From the IMG/VR virus record IMGVR_UViG_3300032092_000021, positions 1-64,000 of that record: DNA of 64,000 bases; one strand, given 5' to 3'. A model generated the notes under the pieces. The model did not search any database. It was not told the origin of the DNA and saw only the letters and a program-made list of their open reading frames with translations. The translations under genes and the position numbers were made by a program. This DNA comes from a virus. Positions 55,351 through 64,000 of this stretch are shown here, piece by piece; within the stretch, counting starts at the first letter, position 1, and each line of letters begins with the position of its first letter.

Positions 55351-58251
55351 ATGAAAGTTAGAATCACAAAAGCTCCTAAGGTTAAAAAGTATCAAGCTTT
55401 ATTTACCCCTGGTCAAGTAGAGGAGGATCCTTTTTATGTACCAAACAGTATGGATGGTCAAAGGAATTATGTAAATGCTCCTATTAATTTACAAACTAAT
55501 CAAAATGGTAGTCTTGCTGGTTCTGGTGTTTTACAACCCGGATTAGCTCTTGATAAAAACAACCAGACTGTAAATCTCAATAATGTAAACGACAACGTTA
55601 CAAATGAGCAACAAATTAGCAAAGGTTTGCAAGGTAGCATAACAGAAAAAGGTCAGTCAAAGTTTGGTCAGTTTATAAGAGGTTTAGGACCTAAAGGTGG
55701 AATGAAGGCTTATGAAAATCGTCAAGACTGGAAAGAGATTATTGCGGGGATTGCTAGCAGAAAGAGTAAAAAAGATATGGATGCGCAAGCCGTTAAAGGT
55801 TTTCATAATATGCAACCTATTGCTGCAGCAACCCAGGGTACGTTTGATCCTAATAGTATGAATAACTTTACTCCTGGTATGCTAAACACAGTACCTTCTA
55901 CAGGAGATTTTGCTGCATCACCATATATGAATATGGGTTATGGAAAAAATGGTGGTCAATACATGGCATATGGTGGTAGAGTGTTTAATCAGGTAGCACC
56001 TAATGCTTTACCCGATAAAACATCTGAACCTAGAATAGCTGTATCAAATACACTACAGCCAATACCTAGAGAGTTTGCAAATATTGAAGCAGAGAAAGAT
56101 GAGACTATATACTTCTTAAACAACGGTGGTCTTCCTGCACATTATAAGATTGGTGGTCAACCGCACAGCAAGGGAGGAACTCCTTTAAATGTTCCCGAAG
56201 ATAGCTTTGTATTTAGTAAAGCGTTGAAGATTAAGGATAAAAGATTGTTTCCTTTTTTTGATATAAATAAACCTACCAGCTTTTCAGATGTTGCTAAAAA
56301 ATACGATATAAATAAATTTAGAAAAGTATTAGCAGATCCTGATACGGACAAGTTGCAAAGAGAAACTGCCGAGAAGATGATTGGTAACTACAATCTTAAA
56401 CTCGGTATGTTAGCTTTAGCGCAAGAATCTACAAAAGGATTCCCGCAAGGTTTACCTATGATAGCTGCACCGTTTACTGCAGTTAATGCGCTAGATCCAG
56501 AAATGATTTTACCTACACCACCTCAGTCTGCTGAGATGCCGGAAGAACAATTTATGGAACAAGAGATGCCCGCTTATAAATTCGGAGGAGCTATGAGAGT
56601 TAGAATTAAATCTTTACCTAGATATCAGTCATACAATACTGGTGCTAGTGTTGCTGATGATATGATGTCAGATGCTGGTTTATCTGACCAAACTTACGTA
56701 CAAACCCCACCAGCAAATATACCCCCACCTCCACCTGTTGCTGTTGTTACACCTGCTGCACCAGCAGCACCTCCTGCAGCAACTGTAGCTACTCCTACAG
56801 CTACTCCTCCACCTACTATTGTGGTAAATGGAGTTACAATAGATACAGCAACTAATCAACCTGTAGCTAAGTCTTCTCCTGCTAGTGACAATAAAAAGAA
56901 AGCATCTAAATCAGAGTCTAAAAGTACCGCAGGTACATTTGATTTCAATGTAGATGTTATGGAGGGTAATCCTGACTTTTGGCAGGGTTACACTGATTTG
57001 GTTACATCTGGTGTTATCAAACAAGAATTAGCAACAGGGTTTGAAGATGCTGCTGTTCGTCAGCGCGAAAGTCAACAAGGTCTTAGACCAGGTACTGCAA
57101 ACGTATATGGTGATAGAGATATTCATAAGGGAGAACTCTTTGATGACTTTAAGAAAAGACAAGCGTGGTATTTTCAAAATAAGAAAAACTGGAATCCTGA
57201 AAATAAAGCTGACGTAGAAGACTTTCAAAGAGAGTATTGTAAAAAAGCTGCTGAGTACGGTATGAAGTCTTGTTACTTTAATACCAAGGATGTAAAAGAT
57301 TCTAAAGGTAGAACTATAAAGGGGACTACGTTTGATGGTCTTTATGGTGAGCACACTTTTAATGCTCCAGGATTTAATAAAGCTGATGCACAACCAGAAC
57401 CTCAACCACAACCTCAACCAGAACCAGAAAAAAAACCAGAACCTATTAAGACTAATCCTTTAGATGTATCTGAGGATTATACTCGTAGAAGCGGTTATTT
57501 CCCTCAGGATCTTATAAATCTTTCTGCAGCTTTAGCTCAAAGAATTACTGTACCTGATACATGGTATGCTCCTTTACAGTTTAAAGGTGTAGACCCTGCG
57601 TATCTGGTACCGGACTATAGTCCAATCATGGAAGCTGCTAATATTAGCACTCAGGGTGTTAATGCTTATGGTTCTCGTCAAAGTGCAGATGCTTCATTTG
57701 CTCTTATTCAGGGTAAATCAGCAAGACCTTCTGCGGAACATAATCTAGCAGTTGCTAATGCTAATGCAGGTATTTACAATAACGCTCAGCAGATTAACGC
57801 ACAGATAGCAAATCAAAATGCTATGTACAATAATCAGTTAGCTCAAGCAGACTTTGATGCTAATGCACTTTATGAGCAAGAAAGAATAAAAGCTCAGAAT
57901 AAAAAGAGAGCGGATCTTGCTAGACTTGTAAACACCGCGATTACCAATAGAGCTACTGCAGAAACTCTTAGCGATGCATACTCCGAGTATTTCAATATAG
58001 ATCCTACTCGTGGCGGACATGTTGAGTTCTACAAAGGAATTGATGAGCTTGTACCTAACGACAAAGCAGATATGGACGATCTTGCATCACTTGATAAACA
58101 GCTTACAAATCTTGGTTACACTAAAGAAGAAAAGAAAGATATTCTTAAATCTGCACTAGCCAGTAAGTATGCTACAAAGGGTACTAGGAATCCATATCTA
58201 CCTGATTACTCGCAGCTTATGTATCCATTTAACATGCAGCAGGGTTCTTAA
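55351..58251 (+). CDS. Ejected cargo protein (crAss cargo-1-like) with candidate peptidoglycan-binding motif
   Basis: NIEAEKDE...G..HSKGG...FVFS motif; Pro/Ala linker; V.DFQ...DGLYG..T motif; Asn/Gln/Ala coiled coil. Confidence 0.65.
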   Translation: MKVRITKAPKVKKYQALFTPGQVEEDPFYVPNSMDGQRNYVNAPINLQTNQNGSLAGSGVLQPGLALDKNNQTVNLNNVNDNVTNEQQISKGLQGSITEKGQSKFGQFIRGLGPKGGMKAYENRQDWKEIIAGIASRKSKKDMDAQAVKGFHNMQPIAAATQGTFDPNSMNNFTPGMLNTVPSTGDFAASPYMNMGYGKNGGQYMAYGGRVFNQVAPNALPDKTSEPRIAVSNTLQPIPREFANIEAEKDETIYFLNNGGLPAHYKIGGQPHSKGGTPLNVPEDSFVFSKALKIKDKRLFPFFDINKPTSFSDVAKKYDINKFRKVLADPDTDKLQRETAEKMIGNYNLKLGMLALAQESTKGFPQGLPMIAAPFTAVNALDPEMILPTPPQSAEMPEEQFMEQEMPAYKFGGAMRVRIKSLPRYQSYNTGASVADDMMSDAGLSDQTYVQTPPANIPPPPPVAVVTPAAPAAPPAATVATPTATPPPTIVVNGVTIDTATNQPVAKSSPASDNKKKASKSESKSTAGTFDFNVDVMEGNPDFWQGYTDLVTSGVIKQELATGFEDAAVRQRESQQGLRPGTANVYGDRDIHKGELFDDFKKRQAWYFQNKKNWNPENKADVEDFQREYCKKAAEYGMKSCYFNTKDVKDSKGRTIKGTTFDGLYGEHTFNAPGFNKADAQPEPQPQPQPEPEKKPEPIKTNPLDVSEDYTRRSGYFPQDLINLSAALAQRITVPDTWYAPLQFKGVDPAYLVPDYSPIMEAANISTQGVNAYGSRQSADASFALIQGKSARPSAEHNLAVANANAGIYNNAQQINAQIANQNAMYNNQLAQADFDANALYEQERIKAQNKKRADLARLVNTAITNRATAETLSDAYSEYFNIDPTRGGHVEFYKGIDELVPNDKADMDDLASLDKQLTNLGYTKEEKKDILKSALASKYATKGTRNPYLPDYSQLMYPFNMQQGS

Positions 58252-58280
58252 ACTTTAAAAGTTTTTTAAACTTACTAGAT

Positions 58281-58296
58281 TTTTATTGTATATTTA
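58281..58296 (+). promoter_or_regulatory. Late promoter-like element TTTTATTGTATATTT
   Basis: Identical 15-mer at 10051-10065. Confidence 0.55.
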
Positions 58297-58304
58297 TATT
58301 AATT

Positions 58305-61300
58305 ATGAGCCAGTATATACAAGGTGTTGTTGATTATATTCCGATGATTCAACCGTTTCAGCCGGACTTTAATCTTTTTCAGAATGTACTACAAACGAAA
58401 GATGCTCAATACAAAGCTGGTTACGATAAACTTAGTACTCTATATGGCACTTTGTTAAACTCTCCTATGTCCAGGGAGGATAATATTGAGCTAAGAAATA
58501 AGTTTTTTAATGATATCTCATCTCAGATTCAAAAGATATCATCGCTAGATCTTTCTAAATCACAGAATGTTGATGCGGCGTATAAAGTATTTCAACCCTT
58601 GATTGACAATGACTATATCCTAAAGGATATGAGTTATACCAAGACCGCTTATGATCAAATGCAGTATGGCGAATCTCTTAAAAACTGTACAGATCCTAAA
58701 AAATGTCCTGGTCAATACTGGGATGGTGGTATTGAACTGATACAGTATGATGTAAATAACTTTAAAACCGCTCCTAGAGAAAAGACTTTGAATATGCGAA
58801 ACCCACGTTTCGTACCCAAAGTAAACTTAACTAAGCAAGCTTTAGACTATGCCAAGGAGATGAACTTTAAAATTACACTCCCTGAACATAGTCCTGACGG
58901 TAGATATATAGTTCATACAACCAATGGTCCTAATATGATCCCTGGTTTGACTGAAACATTTATGTCAGTGTTTGGTAATGATCCTGCAGCTGCTGATTAT
59001 TATTCAGCACTAAGCGAGTTAAATAGAAATAAGTTCATTAATGATGAAGCAAATATTCAAGAGTACGGATCTAAGGACGCTGCGGAAATATACTATCTCG
59101 ATGATGCGCACAGGAAGATAGTTGAGATGACCGAATCTCAGTTAGCTGAAGCTAGAAGACAAGAGACACTAGCATCTGGTAGAAAAGCTGTTACAGATAA
59201 TATTATCATCAATAAGGGTGTAGATCCAAACGATCCTGAGGATCGAGAGGTAATTAAAGATAGATACCAAAGTATGGTTGACCAGATGATCTCTGGTTCA
59301 AATGCTGAGGTTCATGAGACTGATTTAAATAACATTACCGGTGACGGTTATGAAACACTTGATATAGACTCTAAGCGCTACAGAATAGATAACGTTGCCG
59401 CAAGAGGTTTGATGCAAAATGATTTGTATCAAGCTGCGTCTTCGTATGCTATGCAGACAATGGATGTTAAGACAGAAGTAGATCAATATGCTTTAAAACA
59501 ATTTGATCATGCTTTAGATGTAGCTCGTATGGGTTTGCAGCAGCAGTATGCCAAAGACTTAGACGACTATAAAACAGCAAATCAAAAAGAATTATACAAA
59601 TATCAAAAAGGTTTAGATCTTTTAAAGGAGACTTTTCCTAATAAGAAAAGAAACGGAGCTTTACCGGATGGTTCTAATCCTTTTAATCCGGGATATGAAT
59701 CTTTACCCGCTACACCAGGTGGTAGTGTTTTAGATCCTAATCTAAGAGGGTCAGATCAAAAACAAATTGTTTCAGCTACTGAAAAAGCAAAAGCAGCAGC
59801 GGAACAAGTTATTGTAAAAGGATACGAAGAGTTAACTGCTATTATAAATACACCCATTGGTAAAAAAACTCCAGGTGGTCTTGTAATGACTCAAGACGTT
59901 AAAAATTATTACATTGCAAAAAGAGATGAGATTTTTGGTAAATCTGTAACAACTACTGGGACTTATGATAAAAATAAGTTTCCATCTATGACAGATGCCG
60001 CAAGAGCAGTTGGAAAAGAACCTAGTCTTTTAGATAGAGGTTATACTTATGTAAGTGACTTGTGGAATGACTTTACTAGTTTATTCAGTGATGACGAAAC
60101 AGCGTATACAAAAACTTCTGGCGGTTATTTAAATAATAACAATCAACTAGAGCAAGGTTTTACGGGACGTGCTGAATATAGCGATCCTAAATCTCCAAAC
60201 TATTGGCAGAACACTGCGGATAGAGTAACCAACTTTTTTAGCAATGACGTAACAGGAAAATATGCTATTAACAGAAATGTAGAACGTGGTAAAGAAGCGG
60301 GAGTATTAGCAGCAGAAATTCAATATAATGTATCAAAACTTAACTATGATAATTTCATAAAAGCTCAAGCGAATAACAACGCTATTGTTCATAAGCTAGT
60401 TATGAGTACAGCTGCTAAAGACGCTGTGTTTGATGAAATGAGTTCTTACAATGCTCCTACATCAGGTTCTGATTCTGGTTTGTGGGCACGTTTTGCTGGT
60501 GTTGATGCACCAGCTGCAATTAAAGATCATACAAAAGAATCTCTTTCCAGGATGCATATAAATGGTCGTGTAATGACACTTCCTGAATTTAAACAAGTTT
60601 ATGCAAATAGTCCCGAAGCTAAAAGAGTAGCAGAAAGAGTTATGCAAGAATACTATCAAACTCAGCCTGGTGACCAAGGTGCCTTTGGTAGATACAGTTA
60701 TCAGTCTGGTGTTGAAAGATTGTTGGAGACAATGAATGACGACGCTGAAGATATTTATGAAGAATATATGGATCAGTTTAATATGATCTATAATCAATCA
60801 AATGCTGCTGTTAATAAAGAAGCTGATAAAGCAGGGTTCAAACCTCTTTCTCAATTTTATCAAGTAAACGATGCTGGTGCTGGTGTTCAATCAAATCCTG
60901 TTGTTGCTACTGTTGATCCTGCTTATCCCGGTGATATGCAAGCGATTGACTTTTTTGGTTTTAGTAATTTTATAAGATCTACTATGGGTAAAGAAACCGA
61001 TGGTATTGAAGTATATAAAGGGCTAGGTGCAGATCTTACTGAAACAAGATATTTTACCGATGACGCTGATCCAGTTGATAACAAAGAAGGAGCGCTTACC
61101 GCTATTCAAGCACTTAGAACGCAATTACTTGAGGGTAGGGACGTAGAAGATAAAACTAGAGGAATCTTTGATTTTTATTTTCATCCTGTTACTATGAATG
61201 ACCAAAATAAAATGGCTTTTTCTTTTTCCTTTAGTCCTGAGTTTACAGATGCTCATTTGGGTAGCGGAGAAGCTGCCAAGTTTATGGGAAAAACAGATAG

Positions 61301-61697
61301 AGAATTTACGATTGTTGTTGATGCTGATAAAGTTCCAGAGGTTAAAAACTTAGAAATGGTCAGAAGATTAGAGCAAGGACCTTACACAATAGCAATGAGA
61401 GCTGACAACGAAATAAATCTTAATGATTTTTCTAAAGGTGGTAGCCTTACTATAAGACCAACAGCGGACGGTTCATATGTAGCTAGTGGTTTTTTAAATT
61501 ATATAGATGAGGACACTTTTAAAGAAAGTCAATATCCTTATGTAGATTTTATGGGTCCTCAACAAAGTTTAGAAAACTTTGCTCAGCAGAAAAACAGCAT
61601 GCTAGCAAACATACATATGCAGATGGTGAATGCTCAAGAGCAACTTAAAGCTATGAACCAGAACTTAATTCGTAATCCAGATGCTCTTAATAACTAA
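58305..61697 (+). CDS. Large helical ejected cargo protein
   Basis: 1130 aa, helical; N-terminal QPFQPDF motif; lies between cargo genes. Confidence 0.65.
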   Translation: MSQYIQGVVDYIPMIQPFQPDFNLFQNVLQTKDAQYKAGYDKLSTLYGTLLNSPMSREDNIELRNKFFNDISSQIQKISSLDLSKSQNVDAAYKVFQPLIDNDYILKDMSYTKTAYDQMQYGESLKNCTDPKKCPGQYWDGGIELIQYDVNNFKTAPREKTLNMRNPRFVPKVNLTKQALDYAKEMNFKITLPEHSPDGRYIVHTTNGPNMIPGLTETFMSVFGNDPAAADYYSALSELNRNKFINDEANIQEYGSKDAAEIYYLDDAHRKIVEMTESQLAEARRQETLASGRKAVTDNIIINKGVDPNDPEDREVIKDRYQSMVDQMISGSNAEVHETDLNNITGDGYETLDIDSKRYRIDNVAARGLMQNDLYQAASSYAMQTMDVKTEVDQYALKQFDHALDVARMGLQQQYAKDLDDYKTANQKELYKYQKGLDLLKETFPNKKRNGALPDGSNPFNPGYESLPATPGGSVLDPNLRGSDQKQIVSATEKAKAAAEQVIVKGYEELTAIINTPIGKKTPGGLVMTQDVKNYYIAKRDEIFGKSVTTTGTYDKNKFPSMTDAARAVGKEPSLLDRGYTYVSDLWNDFTSLFSDDETAYTKTSGGYLNNNNQLEQGFTGRAEYSDPKSPNYWQNTADRVTNFFSNDVTGKYAINRNVERGKEAGVLAAEIQYNVSKLNYDNFIKAQANNNAIVHKLVMSTAAKDAVFDEMSSYNAPTSGSDSGLWARFAGVDAPAAIKDHTKESLSRMHINGRVMTLPEFKQVYANSPEAKRVAERVMQEYYQTQPGDQGAFGRYSYQSGVERLLETMNDDAEDIYEEYMDQFNMIYNQSNAAVNKEADKAGFKPLSQFYQVNDAGAGVQSNPVVATVDPAYPGDMQAIDFFGFSNFIRSTMGKETDGIEVYKGLGADLTETRYFTDDADPVDNKEGALTAIQALRTQLLEGRDVEDKTRGIFDFYFHPVTMNDQNKMAFSFSFSPEFTDAHLGSGEAAKFMGKTDREFTIVVDADKVPEVKNLEMVRRLEQGPYTIAMRADNEINLNDFSKGGSLTIRPTADGSYVASGFLNYIDEDTFKESQYPYVDFMGPQQSLENFAQQKNSMLANIHMQMVNAQEQLKAMNQNLIRNPDALNN

Positions 61698-61702
61698 AAG
61701 TT

Positions 61703-64000
61703 ATGGCGGAACCATTACCAAGACCTACAATACCGTTTACAAAAGAGTTTTCTCCATATGAGAATGCTAGTAAACCTGTAATATCTTCAGAAGATATACG
61801 TTCTAAGCTGCATCAGATTAATGATTACTTTGATAAAAACTTACCTTCTGTAATAGAGGGTATTAGTAAATATGAAGAAGACGTATTAAACAAAGCTATT
61901 CTTGCTAAGAAGCCTTCTAGTTTTGATCAATACGCTAAGTTGCCTCAAGTCCAGAATGAGTCATCTGGTAATATTCTTACCGGACCGATATCAGCAAAAG
62001 GTGTTTTAGACTTACCGACTTTTGATAAGGTTAATCAGATTGCTTCTCAAGCAAGATTTGAAGCTGAAGCTTCAAAGGATCCTTTTAAGTTTGCTAAACC
62101 TACATCCTTTAACGCTAGTATCTATGGTCACAACTATGACCGCTACTATAGTCATCCTAAATTTAAACAATTAGGTTTTGACTTTCGTAGAGATAATGAG
62201 TCTCTTTACAATGCGTCTTCTACATCGTTTGATGACTTTAGAAGAATGAGTTCTAAGCTTACCTCTAATATATTTTTAGCAGGTAACGACTCAGCTAAAA
62301 ACTGGGGTAACTGGTTCTCTCTTACGGGAGATCCTAATAGTGCTGCACTTATGGAGCACAATATGGCATCAGGTGCTAGTAGCAAAGAAGGTGCGGGTGC
62401 TTGGGTAACAAACTTTGTAGGTAATCTGGGATATACTATAGGTACTATAGGTGAGATTTGGTTAGAAAACGCAGTAGTAGCGGCAGCAGCGGGTCTTACA
62501 AGAAATCCTACATTGATGGCAGCTGCGGGAGCAAAAACTGGTTTAGGTTTAGGTAAGTTAGCTAAGTCAATGAAAGTAATGGCTAAAACCTTAAACGATG
62601 TAAATAAAGCTAGACAGTTTAGAACAGCTGCATGGGGTGGTGTTAAAGGTGCAGCTCAAACTCTAAATCCATTTAGAGAGCTTACAGACCTAGGTATTAA
62701 AGCGGCAAACCCTAATAGTGCTTTTAATAGACTTAATGGTATGGCAAAAGCATCAAAAAGTTTTGGTGCTTTCTATAGAGGTTTGCGTGAGATAAATGCA
62801 GTAACATCTGAGTCTAGATTAGAAGCTGCATTTGTTCAGAATAAAGTAGCTAACCAAGCTATAAATGCTTATTACAAAAAGAACGGTAAACTTCCCGAGG
62901 GTGCTGCAGCAAACGATATTACAGAAAGATCTAAACTAGCGGGTGAAAGAACTTTTATAGCTAACGTTCCTGTTATCTATGGTAGTAACCAATTAGTTTT
63001 AGGTACTTCTCTTAGAGGTTTTAGACCTGCATCTAAAATGATTTCAGCCAGTAATTTAAAAGGCACCTTCTTTAAAACAGTAAGGAACTTTGACTGGAAG
63101 AAAACAGGAAAGTCACCTATGGAAGTAGTAGCTAACACAGGTGCTGTTGCAAGTGCTTTTAAGTTTTTGGGTAACACCGTAAAGAAAGATTTCTGGAAAA
63201 CAGTACCGTCTAAGTTAAAAGGAACCTGGGCAGGTAAACCTTTTAGTCAAGCATTAGGTAGTGGTATTAGATTCTTTAGTCAGAATCTTGCAGAAGGCTT
63301 ACAAGAATCCTATCAAGAAGTTGTACAGTCTGCGGTAAGTGATTACTACTTAACTAATTACTTTGCAGATCTTTACAAAGATCCTATTCTATCAGCTCAA
63401 AATAGTTGGGCAGCGTCTATTCAAAAAGGAGTGGGTGAGCAAATGAATGCTCAAGGTTTAGACACCTTTCTTCAAGGATTTTTAACAGGTGGTGTTGTAG
63501 GTCCTGTACAGACTAACATAATGAAATGGTTCCAGTCTGTAGACTTAAGGATGAAAGATTATAGGAATCCTGGTGAAAGAGAAAAGTTTATAAACGACGA
63601 GAAAAAAAGACTTCAGCAATATGCTGATGCAGTAAACTCATATACTCAAGATCCAATTCTGTGGTCTAGATGGTTAAGTGAAAATGCTATACAACAAAGA
63701 GACTTATCTGAAAAAGTAAACTTAGCAGAAGAAACAGGCAACAGAGCGGACGCTGAAGATGCTAAAGATGATTCCTTGTTTATGCACGTTGATACATTGC
63801 TCAGAGCTGATAAGTTTAATGAGTTTATAGATCACATAGAAGGTCTTACTAGTCTTACTGACGATGAACTTAAGGACGCTTTTGAAAACTATAATCTAGA
63901 AAGCACTGATCAAAACGAAAAGTCTTATAGAGAAAGATTAAATATTGCTATCGATAAAGCAAAAGAGATAAAGGCTAGAATAGATGAAACAAATAAAATT
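61703..64000 (+). CDS. Giant ejected virion protein, N-terminal part (truncated at window end)
   Basis: Manually found ATG at 61703, frame open to the window end (766 codons); Ala/Gly membrane-like segments; ESRLEA and EGLQESYQE motifs typical of giant crAss-like internal proteins. Absent from the ORF track. Confidence 0.8.
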   Translation, partial: MAEPLPRPTIPFTKEFSPYENASKPVISSEDIRSKLHQINDYFDKNLPSVIEGISKYEEDVLNKAILAKKPSSFDQYAKLPQVQNESSGNILTGPISAKGVLDLPTFDKVNQIASQARFEAEASKDPFKFAKPTSFNASIYGHNYDRYYSHPKFKQLGFDFRRDNESLYNASSTSFDDFRRMSSKLTSNIFLAGNDSAKNWGNWFSLTGDPNSAALMEHNMASGASSKEGAGAWVTNFVGNLGYTIGTIGEIWLENAVVAAAAGLTRNPTLMAAAGAKTGLGLGKLAKSMKVMAKTLNDVNKARQFRTAAWGGVKGAAQTLNPFRELTDLGIKAANPNSAFNRLNGMAKASKSFGAFYRGLREINAVTSESRLEAAFVQNKVANQAINAYYKKNGKLPEGAAANDITERSKLAGERTFIANVPVIYGSNQLVLGTSLRGFRPASKMISASNLKGTFFKTVRNFDWKKTGKSPMEVVANTGAVASAFKFLGNTVKKDFWKTVPSKLKGTWAGKPFSQALGSGIRFFSQNLAEGLQESYQEVVQSAVSDYYLTNYFADLYKDPILSAQNSWAASIQKGVGEQMNAQGLDTFLQGFLTGGVVGPVQTNIMKWFQSVDLRMKDYRNPGEREKFINDEKKRLQQYADAVNSYTQDPILWSRWLSENAIQQRDLSEKVNLAEETGNRADAEDAKDDSLFMHVDTLLRADKFNEFIDHIEGLTSLTDDELKDAFENYNLESTDQNEKSYRERLNIAIDKAKEIKARIDETNKI

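Noticed and set aside
2200-64000. Stop-codon reassignment as in some gut crAss-like phages
   Set aside because: Genes are full length in the standard code; TAG and TGA end genes that abut the next start.

Overview
This window is part of a crAss-like (Crassvirales-type) podophage genome, most likely infecting a Bacteroidota/Flavobacteria host. Evidence for the host: no Shine-Dalgarno motifs, A-rich leaders, TAnnTTTG promoter boxes and a Bacteroidota-type signal peptide. Bases 1-1819 carry short minus-strand (early-type) genes, including an SSB-like protein, separated by repeated regulatory blocks. A G-run-rich strand switch follows at about 1820-2199. The rest is one plus-strand late region: glycine-rich fibre, subtilase, lysis cassette, IHF-like/Zn-finger/PD-(D/E)XK genes, PhoH, terminase, portal, scaffold, major capsid protein, nine tiny mostly Lys-rich ORFs, ring and auxiliary capsid proteins, a Dps-like protein, a Cys-rich fibre/adhesin block, tail ring and muzzle proteins, and large ejected 'cargo' proteins, the last running off the window. 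Standard genetic code; no tRNA, CRISPR or mobile element was seen. Two candidate novel systems stand out. (1) A recurrent (K/M/Y/F)xxGG peptide motif, often followed by (W/Q)LDKYQ, is shared by the tiny basic proteins and the cargo proteins and splits one cargo protein into modules; it may be a capsid-targeting or cleavage signal. (2) Terminator-flanked intergenic elements carry exposed sequence complementary to the translation-initiation leaders of several late genes; they may be antisense sRNAs. All product calls come from motif recognition and gene order, not database searches.
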